NCBI GenBank assembly: GCA_964618725.1
Contig: CAZUBK010000005.1
Location: forward strand, 11,569 to 75,568
DNA: 64,000 nucleotides
Reading direction: 5' to 3'
Source of the DNA: an uncultured Pseudomonadales bacterium
GTDB taxonomy: Bacteria; Patescibacteriota; Microgenomatia; UBA1400; Chazhemtobacteraceae
In this document: positions 10,190 through 19,880 of the stretch, piece by piece
Layout: every line of letters begins with the position of its first letter
Position numbering within the stretch: position 1 is the first letter of the stretch
Translations under genes and position numbers: made by a program
Notes under the pieces: generated by a model
Database searches by the model: none
Seen by the model: the letters and a program-made list of their open reading frames with translations, nothing else
What the model was told of the DNA's origin: nothing

Positions 10190-10564
10190 TTGAAGACCGC
10201 ACACGACCCCCGCCACATTCGACGCATTCTCGCCGTCAAAGCCCTTTTCGCTAAGTCCTTTGAACCAGATCAGGAAACCGAATCGCAACTGGCCGTTAAG
10301 ATCCACAATGATCTTGAGAAGATAGATCAGATTGTCTCACAATGTGCTCCAGAGTGGCCACTTTCTCAAATCAATCGTCTGGATCTTTGCGTCCTCCGTC
10401 TCGCTATTTACGAACTCCTTCACAAACAAAATACTCCACCCAAAGTTATCATCGACGAGGCTATCGAAATTGGAAAAAGATACGGCAGCGCCTCATCTGG
10501 TTCCTTTATCAATGGCGTTCTCGCCTCCGCCCTCAAGGCAACCAAACGTGAGGCCAATCTCTAA
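10190..10564 (+). CDS. nusB: Transcription antitermination factor NusB
   Basis: W...I..LD..VLRLAIYEL...PPKVIIDEAIEIGKRYG...SGSFINGVL. Confidence 0.95.
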   Translation: MKTAHDPRHIRRILAVKALFAKSFEPDQETESQLAVKIHNDLEKIDQIVSQCAPEWPLSQINRLDLCVLRLAIYELLHKQNTPPKVIIDEAIEIGKRYGSASSGSFINGVLASALKATKREANL

Positions 10565-10566
10565 CT

Positions 10567-11274
10567 ATGACAACCTCTGATTCCCTGGAAGAACTACTTC
10601 ACTATCATTTTCTCAACACCTCCCTTCTGGAGAAGGCGCTTACTCATCGTTCTTTTCTCAATGAATCGGAAGTCCTCGAAAGTAATGAGCGACTCGAATT
10701 TCTTGGCGATGCAGTTCTTGAACTAATCATCTCGCAGTATCTCTATGAAAACCGTCCCAAGGACCAGGAAGGCATCCTCACTGCCGCTCGCTCTGCCATA
10801 GTCAGAACCGAAACTCTCGCCCAAGTCGCCAGTACCCTCAGATTGGGCGAATTCCTCAAAATGAGTAAGGGTGAAGAAAAGACTGGTGGTCGCACCAATA
10901 TCTCACTCCTTGCCAATACTACTGAAAGCATTATTGGCGCCCTATATCTCGACGGCGGTATAAAAGTTGCACAAAACTTCATCGCCCAACATCTCCTCCC
11001 CCTAGCTCAATCAATTATTGAAGGCAATAATTTCAAGGATGCCAAAAGTCTCCTTCAAGAAAAAGTTCAAGAGTTAGGCTTTAGTAGCCCTATTTACAAA
11101 ACAATCTCCGAATCAGGTCCTGACCACAATAAGATCTTTAAAGTCGCCGTCTTCATCGAAAATCAGCAATTGTCGGAAGGTCTGGGAAGAAATAAACAAA
11201 CCGCTCAACAGGAAGCAGCCAAACTGGCCCTTTTAGTTTACACTCAAAAACTTGCAGTCAAAGCTAAAAATTGA
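10567..11274 (+). CDS. rnc: Ribonuclease III
   Basis: ALTHRS, NERLEFLGDAVLEL, dsRBD DAKSLLQE...GPDH. Confidence 0.97.
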   Translation: MTTSDSLEELLHYHFLNTSLLEKALTHRSFLNESEVLESNERLEFLGDAVLELIISQYLYENRPKDQEGILTAARSAIVRTETLAQVASTLRLGEFLKMSKGEEKTGGRTNISLLANTTESIIGALYLDGGIKVAQNFIAQHLLPLAQSIIEGNNFKDAKSLLQEKVQELGFSSPIYKTISESGPDHNKIFKVAVFIENQQLSEGLGRNKQTAQQEAAKLALLVYTQKLAVKAKN

Positions 11275-11309
11275 TAAAATAACTTTTACAGGACAATTAA
11301 CTCTCGAAT

Positions 11310-11543
11310 ATGCTAAAAATCAAACTTTCACGCACTGGTCGCAAACACCAAGCTCTCTTTAGAGTTGTCGTTTCTGAAGCGCGATCCAAGGCTGTTGGTA
11401 AAAACGTCGACACGTTAGGTTCCTATAATCCATCCGATCCTCAAAACCAATTATTAATTGACCACACGCGATACACCCAATGGTTAGAAAAAGGTGCGCA
11501 ACCGACTCAAACCATTAGGCAGCTAATCGCAAGAATTAAATGA
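11310..11543 (+). CDS. rpsP: 30S ribosomal protein S16
   Basis: MLKIKLSRTG...FRVVV...LGSYNP...WLEKGAQPT. Confidence 0.95.
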   Translation: MLKIKLSRTGRKHQALFRVVVSEARSKAVGKNVDTLGSYNPSDPQNQLLIDHTRYTQWLEKGAQPTQTIRQLIARIK

Positions 11544-11881
11544 AACAGCTACTTGAATACATCGTCCCCAATATCGTTAACCATCCAGGAGATGTAGAAA
11601 TCAATGAAACCCATGATGGTGACACAATCGTTCTAACCATCAAAGTCAATCCAGAAGACACAGGGCGCGTCATCGGCAAGGCCGGAAAAGTTATCAAGGC
11701 CATTCGCCAAATAGCGAGGATAATAGCCATTAAGCAAGGTGTTCGCGTCAATATCGACGTCCTAGATGGTCAAAGCAAAGGTCAAGCAGAGAATTTCTCT
11801 CAATCGGAAACAACTCCAACAGAAGAAGTTGAAGAAGTCTCAACCGAACCACAAACTATTGAGCCTGACGAAGAATCATAA
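11540..11881 (+). CDS. khpA: KH-domain RNA-binding protein KhpA with acidic tail
   Basis: DTGRVIGKAGKVIKAIR (GxxG loop); canonical position after rpsP. Confidence 0.88.
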   Translation: MKQLLEYIVPNIVNHPGDVEINETHDGDTIVLTIKVNPEDTGRVIGKAGKVIKAIRQIARIIAIKQGVRVNIDVLDGQSKGQAENFSQSETTPTEEVEEVSTEPQTIEPDEES

Positions 11882-12643
11882 ACCGAATAAATTCTCTTTG
11901 CCTTTTGGCACTTCAATGATCGTTGGCACCTCAAATCGGGCATAAAGACCCAGTTCTTCTGCCAATGATAGGTGTGTACTAGTAAAAGGTCTTAGTATCT
12001 CAGCTTGATTGAATTCACGCTCGAAAGGGAGATAGTATGCCACCAGTTCTAAAGCTAATTCTGAGATTTGCCCTTCACTTCCTTCAATAGATTTGATTCC
12101 CAAGTTCTTTATTTGCTTAAGCGGTAAGGAGGTATCTACTAGCTGCAGAAAAGAAGTCACTAAAGTAGAACTCCCGGTCACCGATAACTCTATTTCAATT
12201 TCATTATTACTTTTTACTTGAGGCTCACTTACCTGAGTATAAATCTCCCCCGGCTTAAGACTGTAATCCGTCACCTCCACTCCAATGCTTTTTGCCAAAT
12301 TCACCAGACTAGACAAAACCAAACCTACATCCTTATCAGGTAGAATGACATCCTCTAAAACGTATTGGTATTTCTTTGCATTTTGTAATTGAAAAGTCTC
12401 CAATAACTCCACTTTCGCGGCCAAACCAAGCACTGTTTCTCGTTCTTTCTTCAGATTACTCCGCATCACCCCAAAGTCTTGCCAACTCGGCCGCAAAAAG
12501 ACAAAACCTGTCAAGCCAAGCAAAGTCACCTCAAGTACCAAAACAAATAACCACTTCACCAACCCAGGATCAGCACCGAAATCAACATCAACACCAAACA
12601 ACTTTATAGTAGTCTTCTTCGTCATTTTCTTATTTTTTTCCAT
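11876..12643 (-). CDS. Type IV pilus assembly protein PilO-like
   Basis: N-terminal TM, coiled coil, ferredoxin-like C-terminus; last gene of a pilM-N-O series. Confidence 0.7.
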   Translation of the reverse strand: MEKNKKMTKKTTIKLFGVDVDFGADPGLVKWLFVLVLEVTLLGLTGFVFLRPSWQDFGVMRSNLKKERETVLGLAAKVELLETFQLQNAKKYQYVLEDVILPDKDVGLVLSSLVNLAKSIGVEVTDYSLKPGEIYTQVSEPQVKSNNEIEIELSVTGSSTLVTSFLQLVDTSLPLKQIKNLGIKSIEGSEGQISELALELVAYYLPFEREFNQAEILRPFTSTHLSLAEELGLYARFEVPTIIEVPKGKENLFGL

Positions 12644-13193
12644 CGCTTTGAGTCATCATTTGTAACTCGAGATCATATAGATACTGACCATCTAAGTCTC
12701 TTGATACAGACTTCAATATGACATCTCCAAATTTACTATCTCCCTGACCTATTCTTGAGAAACTTTCCACCGAATTAGTAAATGCATGTACATTTACCGC
12801 TCTTAACTGTAGTAACACTCCACTATCCAAAAACCGTAAATCAGAGACAAAACTATCTGTAGACAATCTAGAATATATCTCTTGCAACATTACTCTAAAG
12901 TCCTTTCTTTCTGCCATAATCTTATCACTCATTGAGATTATTACACCAAAGCGTCGATACAGACTCTCCGACTCTTTCAAACCTTCCAGTTGATCCATAA
13001 CCAGAAGTCTTCGCTGACTCCACACTTTGATTTGTTGATTAACAATAAAAAACCAACTGAAGAAACCTATGATAATCGTAATAAAAGCGACCAAAACAAT
13101 CTGAACAATTGATCTAACCAACATCACTCGCCGATTAACCAAGGCAGACTCAACTACTGAAACTGGTAACAGGTTAACTCTATTCAAAGCCAT
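12630..13193 (-). CDS. Type IV pilus assembly protein PilN-like
   Basis: N-terminal VNLLP motif (PilM-binding INLLP) followed by a TM helix. Confidence 0.8.
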   Translation of the reverse strand: MALNRVNLLPVSVVESALVNRRVMLVRSIVQIVLVAFITIIIGFFSWFFIVNQQIKVWSQRRLLVMDQLEGLKESESLYRRFGVIISMSDKIMAERKDFRVMLQEIYSRLSTDSFVSDLRFLDSGVLLQLRAVNVHAFTNSVESFSRIGQGDSKFGDVILKSVSRDLDGQYLYDLELQMMTQSDGKK

Positions 13194-13194
13194 T

Positions 13195-14193
13195 CTAAGA
13201 TCTCAAGGTCGCTCCCACCGCCGCCGTATATATCACCGAAACAGCCGGAGTTTCCTTAACTTTCAAATTCTTTAATGGATCACCCATAGATATCTCCATG
13301 CCTGTCTTTGTCGACAAGTACACCAACAGTCCCGGCAATAAAGCCCCACCTCCAGTCAAAACTATTCTTGTTAATCTCTCACCCTTGAACTGTTGTTGAT
13401 AGTAACTTTGAACTCTTCTAATTTCTCCTACTAATCCTTCCAATACCGGTGCCATCACCATAGGAAGCCTATTTTCCAATACTCCTGTCTTTACTCCATA
13501 GGTCCTCTTGTATTCTTCTGCTTGAGGAAGTGAAAGCTGTAATGACTGACTGATTGCTCGAGTTAGAGCTACACCTCCACTATTTAACTTAGAAACGAAC
13601 AAAAGCTTACCAGCCCGAGATACTCCTAGACTTATACTCGATGCTCCCAAAGCCGCCACCATCAAAGCACTCGACTCTTTATCAGAATAGACCGCCCGCA
13701 TACTCGCCAGTAACTCTGGTTCGATACTTACCGGCTCTAAATTGAGTGAAGTTAAGACATCTGTTAATCTCTGAATCATCATCTTACTTGCTGCAACCAA
13801 CAGGACACTCATTTTCTCCGTTCCGGTTTTTCTACTTGGTCGATCCAGAACTTCCCAAGACAACTCGACATCCTTTAGTGGCACTGGAACATATTGTTCT
13901 GCTTCCCACTTTAAGGCACTCGCTAACTCGGTATCAGACAAAACAGGTAAATTGATTACCGAACTATATACTACGCTGTCCGAGACTACCAATGCCACCT
14001 TCTTTCCTTCAAATACAACTTGACCCACCGCCTTTTTCAGTGCTTCAGCTAGTAAAGTCACCTCCCTATCCGCTTCTAAATTTAATTTTCCTAAAGGATT
14101 AACCACCATAGTGCTCGACTTGAGCACCCCACCCCCTTCCTTCACCAATTTGATCAAACTTGTTCCCAAATCAATTGCTTGTACGGCAGGCAT
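13195..14193 (-). CDS. pilM: Type IV pilus assembly protein PilM
   Basis: IDLGTSLIK, WEAEQYVP, LTGGGALLPGL actin-like motifs. Confidence 0.92.
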   Translation of the reverse strand: MPAVQAIDLGTSLIKLVKEGGGVLKSSTMVVNPLGKLNLEADREVTLLAEALKKAVGQVVFEGKKVALVVSDSVVYSSVINLPVLSDTELASALKWEAEQYVPVPLKDVELSWEVLDRPSRKTGTEKMSVLLVAASKMMIQRLTDVLTSLNLEPVSIEPELLASMRAVYSDKESSALMVAALGASSISLGVSRAGKLLFVSKLNSGGVALTRAISQSLQLSLPQAEEYKRTYGVKTGVLENRLPMVMAPVLEGLVGEIRRVQSYYQQQFKGERLTRIVLTGGGALLPGLLVYLSTKTGMEISMGDPLKNLKVKETPAVSVIYTAAVGATLRS

Positions 14194-14224
14194 AAATCCA
14201 TCATAACATCTTGCCGCGATTCAG

Positions 14225-15010
14225 TTACTTGACCAATTCCCCTCCTGAATACAATGCCGCATCGAACACTAAAGGCAAAGTCGACTCAGTCCTAATCGCC
14301 TCAACCTTTCTTACTACACCCTGAGCGGTTTCTGCCTCAGAGACAATCCTTCTATATGGATTCACTCCAAAAGTCCTTCCCGCACTCGGCTTCACGGCTA
14401 TCCGTTGTTGGTTATACAGTACCCTGACTCGAACATAGTAATCTCTATTTGTAAGGCCAATCACCTCTCTCCCCATAAAAGTGAATCCTTGATACGTACC
14501 TGCATTTCTGGTTGATAAAGAAAAGCCATTTTCCGCTACCCTCGCATTGTCTGTGTCAAAGGCATAATGAATCGCTTCGTAGTTGCCATTGTCTATTTTC
14601 CTATACCTAATGACCTCAATCGCTCCTACCGGCAATTCCTTTTGATCATTTGCGTCTCCCCAATAGATTTCGATCTCTCCAGGTCTGGCCGTTGAGTCTA
14701 CTATGTTGACTTCCACTACTTCGCCAGGAACGATATCTTCTGCCGTCACAAATCCATTAATGCCTTCCGCCTGTGAACTTACTGTGTAGGTTGTCCCTTC
14801 CAAAGTCTGTACGCCTCCACCCGTCAAAGTCTTTAACTCTTCTTCAATTCCTGCCTCTGCCACCCTTAAAGCCTGTGACGATTCCTCATCAATATCGACC
14901 ACCCGAAGGTTTGTTATCACCCCCCCTACTGCCGATAGAACTACCGCCGAGACTACCGTCAAAATCAAGATCAGAAGTAAAGCTACTTGGCCAGAGCAAT
15001 GTCGTCTCAT
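14225..15010 (-). CDS. PilX-like minor pilin
   Basis: SG|QVALLLILIL...A..VAEAGIE PilX N-terminal pattern; start placed 7 nt after TACAAT. Confidence 0.75.
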   Translation of the reverse strand: MRRHCSGQVALLLILILTVVSAVVLSAVGGVITNLRVVDIDEESSQALRVAEAGIEEELKTLTGGGVQTLEGTTYTVSSQAEGINGFVTAEDIVPGEVVEVNIVDSTARPGEIEIYWGDANDQKELPVGAIEVIRYRKIDNGNYEAIHYAFDTDNARVAENGFSLSTRNAGTYQGFTFMGREVIGLTNRDYYVRVRVLYNQQRIAVKPSAGRTFGVNPYRRIVSEAETAQGVVRKVEAIRTESTLPLVFDAALYSGGELVK

Positions 15011-15028
15011 GCCTTTCATTGTATATCA

Positions 15029-15526
15029 TCAATAATTTCGCAAACCAACTATACTAGTGTAACTTCGCTCAGTCGAGAGCTCCCCTCCACTCATGAACTC
15101 AGCCGTTAAATTAATGGTTATTTGGTCCGGCGCTCCTGCTTGCCTTGTGCAAATAAACTCCAGATCTAAGATGGAGATACTTGACGCACTTATCTCACTT
15201 CCATTGGAAGCAACCGCCCCCTCCGCCGTCAAACCAAAAAGTGTCGTCCCACCATCGAATCCTAATATCGACAAGGTCGCCCCAGTGGCAGGACACTCTC
15301 CTCCACCTACAGCAAGAACCGTTCTTGAATTTCGAATATGCCTCTCTAAAATGTTCATCACCAAGACAACATTTTGTTCCAATTCTTTATATGATTCCGT
15401 TTTGCTTGTTCCTCTAAGTGCCCGATAAAATAAACCCACTCCCGCCACACTCAATGTCCCCACTACAGCAACAACCACCATTAATTCAATCAGGGTAAAA
15501 CCTCCAGATCTTATTTTCATGCTCAT
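15029..15526 (-). CDS. Type IV minor pilin (PilW-like)
   Basis: GG|FTLIELMVVVAVVG prepilin motif. Confidence 0.85.
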   Translation of the reverse strand: MSMKIRSGGFTLIELMVVVAVVGTLSVAGVGLFYRALRGTSKTESYKELEQNVVLVMNILERHIRNSRTVLAVGGGECPATGATLSILGFDGGTTLFGLTAEGAVASNGSEISASSISILDLEFICTRQAGAPDQITINLTAEFMSGGELSTERSYTSIVGLRNY

Positions 15527-15927
15527 CTTTTAGTTAATATTGTATTTTGCTCTACGGTGTAGGTAACATTGCCATCTATCCAGGTCACCACTACATCAAC
15601 TTTAATTACACCAGCCGCTCTCACTGTATATGTTGTCGTAATGGTAAATCCCGGAGGTGTTTCATCTGTCTTTCGCAACTCCCGCTCCCCCAAATTGAAA
15701 AACCCTTCAGGATCAACGTTTTTCTCTTGGCGCACCTCCTCCATTTCTTTATCCGCCAACAATCTCGCATAGCCTCTTTCCTGACTAACCCGGGCCGCCT
15801 TAAGACCAAAGGTTGCTCCAGCCACCACACCCACCAAAGCCACACTCAATATCCCAATCGCTATTATCACTTCAATAAGGGACTGGCCATGACTCTTCAT
15901 TTTATAACTAAGACTATTCATTAACAT
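15523..15927 (-). CDS. Type IV minor pilin (PilV-like)
   Basis: HG|QSLIEVIIAIGIL prepilin motif; exact start uncertain. Confidence 0.8.
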   Translation of the reverse strand: MLMNSLSYKMKSHGQSLIEVIIAIGILSVALVGVVAGATFGLKAARVSQERGYARLLADKEMEEVRQEKNVDPEGFFNLGERELRKTDETPPGFTITTTYTVRAAGVIKVDVVVTWIDGNVTYTVEQNTILTKR

Positions 15928-16469
15928 GTTCCCTGTACTTCACAATCCGGAGGCGGAGTGGGAGTTCTACCTTGAGTTGGCGTCGGTGTAGGCAAAGCTA
16001 TCGAAACAGGACACTCTTCTGACGACTCAATCGGCTGACTAACTGAACCAGCTGACGTTATCGCAACTGAATATAGATACTTCCCCCCACATACTTCCAC
16101 AGTCAAAGGCGTCGCTCCACCCTCTAAGACACCGAAACTTACCTCAACTGGATCCACCACCTTTCCCTCTAACAGCACTTGTCGACCTACGGGAGAACCA
16201 CCACTACATATCGCCGTACTAGTGATAGTACTATCTCTTAAACTCACTTTGTATCCTTGCATCGGAAAGTTGCCACACTCCGCCGGCTTATCTCCCGCAA
16301 TCGCTCTCCTTTGGGCCAGCCGTAACTCGTCGACCACCTTTTTAGCCTCTCTCAAAGCCAATCTCTGTTCTCTGAAACCAGTAAATGCCACCAATCCACC
16401 CCCAGTCAGCAACGCTAAAATGGATACTACCAACATCAATTCTATCAACGTAAAGCCTTTGTACATCAT
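15921..16469 (-). CDS. Type IV minor pilin (FimT/GspH-like) with Pro-Thr tail
   Basis: KG|FTLIELMLVVSIL; C-terminal PTPTPTQGRTPTPPP. Confidence 0.85.
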   Translation of the reverse strand: MMYKGFTLIELMLVVSILALLTGGGLVAFTGFREQRLALREAKKVVDELRLAQRRAIAGDKPAECGNFPMQGYKVSLRDSTITSTAICSGGSPVGRQVLLEGKVVDPVEVSFGVLEGGATPLTVEVCGGKYLYSVAITSAGSVSQPIESSEECPVSIALPTPTPTQGRTPTPPPDCEVQGTC

Positions 16470-16933
16470 GGGCTAGTAAAACAACAAGGGTTAACCGTTC
16501 CAGTCGCACATTGGGTAACATCCTCCAAGTTCCCACACAAAACATATTGTGTGGCAGCTTGATAGGCATAGACATATCTATAAATAGCACTACCTCCTGC
16601 CGACTGTCCATCTTTAGGATCTTTCGGTAGGGGATTTAGATATGTATTAGTCCCACAAACCAAACCTGACGAAGGATTGCTAAAGTTTATGCTCAACGGG
16701 TAACTGCCTTCTTCGGACCGGCAAAGCTCAAGGGCCGCCCTAACTTGCTCAAGATCCGACAACCTTTTTGCGTCTCTCGATCTCTTGCTCACCGATTGAT
16801 ACGACACCACCGCAATCGTCGTCAAAATCGCGATAATCGTTACCACCACCAATATCTCAATAAAAGTAAAGCCTCGAGGCCTCTGGCCGAAGATCCTGAA
16901 GCGAAGTGAAGGATTAGTATTCGTTTTTTTCAC
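16466..16933 (-). CDS. Type IV pilin (GspG-like)
   Basis: RG|FTFIEILVVVTIIAIL, RDAKRLSDL, LPKDP; likely GTG start at 16933 overlapping the upstream TGA (GTGA). Confidence 0.85.
   Translation of the reverse strand: MKKTNTNPSLRFRIFGQRPRGFTFIEILVVVTIIAILTTIAVVSYQSVSKRSRDAKRLSDLEQVRAALELCRSEEGSYPLSINFSNPSSGLVCGTNTYLNPLPKDPKDGQSAGGSAIYRYVYAYQAATQYVLCGNLEDVTQCATGTVNPCCFTSP
16893..16914. repeat. REP-like palindromic element within pilin leader coding sequence
   Basis: ATCCTGAAGCGAAGTGAAGGAT, similar to 18361-18385 and 60786-60814. Confidence 0.55.
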
Positions 16934-17391
16934 TGTTGATTCTGTACACAAAAGTAATCTCTGTTGCCACTCCCTGTCCAAGTACAGCTTGAGGCCGACC
17001 GACCATATCCGTTGCCGGTGTTTACTGCTTCAAGTTGAACACAAACACAAAAACTCGTCCCACTACTACTACAGAACGCCCCTGAACCACCACTTCTATT
17101 GTTCCCTGAAGAAACATATTGAAAACCAAATTTTGGGTCCACCGGAGCTCCACCAATTAGATAAGTCTCATAACCTGTGCAATACTGAGTCGTCGGATAT
17201 GTACTGTTAGTTGCTGCATAGAACTGCTCCAAGGCCTTGCTAATTGCCTGTAAGTCTCCTCTTCTTTTACTGTCTCTTCCTCTCGCCTGTGCCGAAGTAA
17301 ATGCCGTAGATGCGATCGCTACCAGTATACCAATTATTCCTATCACCACCAATAACTCCAATAAAGTAAAGGCGTTTTTTCTATTCTTCAT
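16930..17391 (-). CDS. Type IV pilin (GspG-like)
   Basis: NA|FTLLELLVVIGIIGIL, RDSKRRGDL, PVDP. Confidence 0.88.
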   Translation of the reverse strand: MKNRKNAFTLLELLVVIGIIGILVAIASTAFTSAQARGRDSKRRGDLQAISKALEQFYAATNSTYPTTQYCTGYETYLIGGAPVDPKFGFQYVSSGNNRSGGSGAFCSSSGTSFCVCVQLEAVNTGNGYGRSASSCTWTGSGNRDYFCVQNQQ

Positions 17392-17417
17392 AAACTAATA
17401 CTACCAATTTCTACTCC

Positions 17418-17849
17418 TTACGGCGCATTCAGTGTGTAACTGTAACCAGTAGTACAAATATTGGTCGTATCTTTCTCAGGATCTTCTCCATTCTCCAGAC
17501 AAGTCACTAACGCGTACTCTAAAGTATCTGATACATTCCTTGTATATGAATAATCCGTCCAGGCACTGGGAGTCACCCTGTATGTAGGATCTGAAGGCAA
17601 CTCTTTAAGATAATTTCCAGTTATTAAATCTGTCTTCCAGGTTGCCGTTGCTGGATATGTTTGAGGTATGTGATCGTTTTTGTATACTTCCAACGTATTT
17701 TGAATCGTTTTCAAATCCGACTTTCTTTGTACATCGCGTGCACGCTCCCGCGCATCCTGAAAATTAACCGTTGCCAAAGCCGTCAGCACCCCAATGATTG
17801 CAATCACTATCATTAACTCAATCAAGGTAAAAGCATTAGGTTTTCTCAT
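17418..17849 (-). CDS. Type IV pilin (GspG-like)
   Basis: NA|FTLIELMIVIAIIGVL, RDVQRKSDL, LPSDP. Confidence 0.88.
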   Translation of the reverse strand: MRKPNAFTLIELMIVIAIIGVLTALATVNFQDARERARDVQRKSDLKTIQNTLEVYKNDHIPQTYPATATWKTDLITGNYLKELPSDPTYRVTPSAWTDYSYTRNVSDTLEYALVTCLENGEDPEKDTTNICTTGYSYTLNAP

Positions 17850-17852
17850 CTG

Positions 17853-18395
17853 TTACGGACAATTACTATTATAGTCTAAAGCAGGGCTTAGGGTTACGTT
17901 GGCACTACTTACCCCATAGTTACACTCAGAACTGTCATCGGTACACAAAAGTCCATAGCCCTCTTGATTAGCTTGAGGATCCCTCTCATTTTCCAAACGA
18001 GTATAGATCTGATAACTCTTACCATCAGTACTCGCTGTATACATAAAAGACCGATCTGATACTGGGTCTTTGGGTAAGGCACTCATGTATATTCTGCTAC
18101 CAAAAGAAAACGGCTCACCCCATAGACAAACTGATCCACCACACCCGACTATCTCTCCTCCACACGAATCGGGATATCTACCCTTGTCTAACAAGTAAGA
18201 CTCAAGTGCTTTGGTTACCTGATTCAAACCTGCCTTTCTCTGTGTATCACGACCCTTCTTCAAACTGGCGATATAGTTAGTAAATCCAACTGTTGAAAGA
18301 ATTCCCATAATCGTTATTGCCAGCAACAACTCAATCATTGTAAATCCAAAGCAACAACGACGTCCTGAACATAGTGAAGGGTCTCTTCTCCCCAT
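17853..18395 (-). CDS. Type IV pilin (GspG-like)
   Basis: FG|FTMIELLLAITIMGIL, GRDTQRK, LPKDP. Confidence 0.88.
   Translation of the reverse strand: MGRRDPSLCSGRRCCFGFTMIELLLAITIMGILSTVGFTNYIASLKKGRDTQRKAGLNQVTKALESYLLDKGRYPDSCGGEIVGCGGSVCLWGEPFSFGSRIYMSALPKDPVSDRSFMYTASTDGKSYQIYTRLENERDPQANQEGYGLLCTDDSSECNYGVSSANVTLSPALDYNSNCP
18361..18385. repeat. REP-like element within pilin leader coding sequence
   Basis: CGTCCTGAACATAGTGAAGGGTCTC, read as RDPSLCSGR on the - strand. Confidence 0.5.
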
Positions 18396-18401
18396 ATAAG
18401 A

Positions 18402-19205
18402 TTAGAGTACCATATTCCAATACCAAGCCCACATTACTCCTCCCCATAAAAGCGATACCACTGTCCCCATCACCAGAAATGGACCAAACGGCACAACCTG
18501 ATTCATTTTTCTCTTCTTCATCATCAACATGCATACTCCCATCAAAGAACCCAAAACAAAAGCCAAGAAAACTGCCACAAGTAACCGCTGACCTCCCAAA
18601 AGCAACCCGAGCGCCGGAGCAAATTTAACATCCCCCAAACCAAATCCTCTCTTCTTAGTAATCAAATACAATCCCAGAAAAAATCCTGCCAACAGTCCTC
18701 CTGCAATCACCGAATTCACAAGATCCTCCGCTCGCATTTGATCCGTCCAGACTAGACCAAGTCTATAGACCAGTACCCAAATTAACAAACCAACCGATAG
18801 AAAATCAGGGATCACCATATACAACAGGTCAAATACCAGTATAGCTAAAAGCATCATTCCCACTAATAACCAAAAAATAGGTTGTATCCAGACAAAAGGC
18901 TCCTGTACCAGAAAGAAGAAGCCTCGTCCAACAAAAAACCACCAAACAAACAAAACACCGGTCATAAACTCAACCAAGGGATATTGCCAGGAAATCTTTT
19001 TCCTACAATGAGCACAACGACCCTTCAACAAGAAAAAAGAGAGTAGGGGAATGTTGTGTTTCCAGTCCACCTGTTTTTTACAGTTATCACAATAGGATCT
19101 ACCCCGAAAAGGAGAGTCACCATACATCGTCCTATAAACTACCACATTCAGAAAACTTCCGATCGATGCTCCCAACACGAACAAAAGTAGTATCAGCCAA
19201 AACAT
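18402..19205 (-). CDS. pilD: Prepilin peptidase (A24)
   Basis: GSFLNVVVYR, RSYCDNC...IPLLSF...GRCAHC, GLGDVK, PFGPFL. Confidence 0.95.
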   Translation of the reverse strand: MFWLILLLFVLGASIGSFLNVVVYRTMYGDSPFRGRSYCDNCKKQVDWKHNIPLLSFFLLKGRCAHCRKKISWQYPLVEFMTGVLFVWWFFVGRGFFFLVQEPFVWIQPIFWLLVGMMLLAILVFDLLYMVIPDFLSVGLLIWVLVYRLGLVWTDQMRAEDLVNSVIAGGLLAGFFLGLYLITKKRGFGLGDVKFAPALGLLLGGQRLLVAVFLAFVLGSLMGVCMLMMKKRKMNQVVPFGPFLVMGTVVSLLWGGVMWAWYWNMVL

Positions 19206-19229
19206 TGCCTAAATATATCACCTATACAT

Positions 19230-19257
19230 GAAAAAAGGAGGTTTCCCTCCTTTTTTC
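19230..19257 (-). terminator. Intrinsic terminator after the candidate major pilin
   Basis: GAAAAAAGGAGG-tttc-CCTCCTTTTTTC perfect inverted repeat with flanking A/T runs. Confidence 0.8.
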
Positions 19258-19283
19258 TACTTTCAATTCTCTTCTCCCAACCT

Positions 19284-19835
19284 CTATTTAGCACACCAGA
19301 AACACGTTGTTCCAGTCGAAAGACCTGCTTTCAGCGTTGCAGTACAACTAGAGCTGTTGTCTGCGCCAACTTGAGTAAACTTGGTCGCCTCATCATTGAA
19401 CTGCGACTTACTCTCAGGACTAAAACATACTACCGCTGTCGAGGTACCAGCCGAGGATATATAGACTTTACCGGCTGCTGCAGTACCCAAACCCGATTCA
19501 AAGCCGGTTTTCAACTCACCATCGTTAACCAGCGCTGTGGTACAACCACTAGTGCCCATTGCTGTCACAGTCACACCAGCCGCCATTGCAGCAGCAGTTT
19601 GGGTACAACCCGAACCAGTGGTATTCCATGGCAAAGAACCATGAGAAGCATAGTAGCGAATAAGCGCGTTGTGGTACTCAATCGCCGCATTCTTAGTATT
19701 TGTATCCCGACCCTTTTTCAATTGCTCAAACGGATCCACCGCGGCTAGTAGTCCTGCCGCCAAAATTCCCAACACACCGATAACAATCAAAAGCTCTACT
19801 AGTGTAAAACCTTTAGATGAGGCAGAAGATTTCAT
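19284..19835 (-). CDS. Type IV pilin, probable major pilin
   Basis: KG|FTLVELLIVIGVLGILAAG; follows pilC and is followed by its own terminator. Confidence 0.85.
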   Translation of the reverse strand: MKSSASSKGFTLVELLIVIGVLGILAAGLLAAVDPFEQLKKGRDTNTKNAAIEYHNALIRYYASHGSLPWNTTGSGCTQTAAAMAAGVTVTAMGTSGCTTALVNDGELKTGFESGLGTAAAGKVYISSAGTSTAVVCFSPESKSQFNDEATKFTQVGADNSSSCTATLKAGLSTGTTCFWCAK

Positions 19836-19880
19836 GTTTTTAAAGAAAATTAATAATGATCTTTATCTCATTGTCACTGT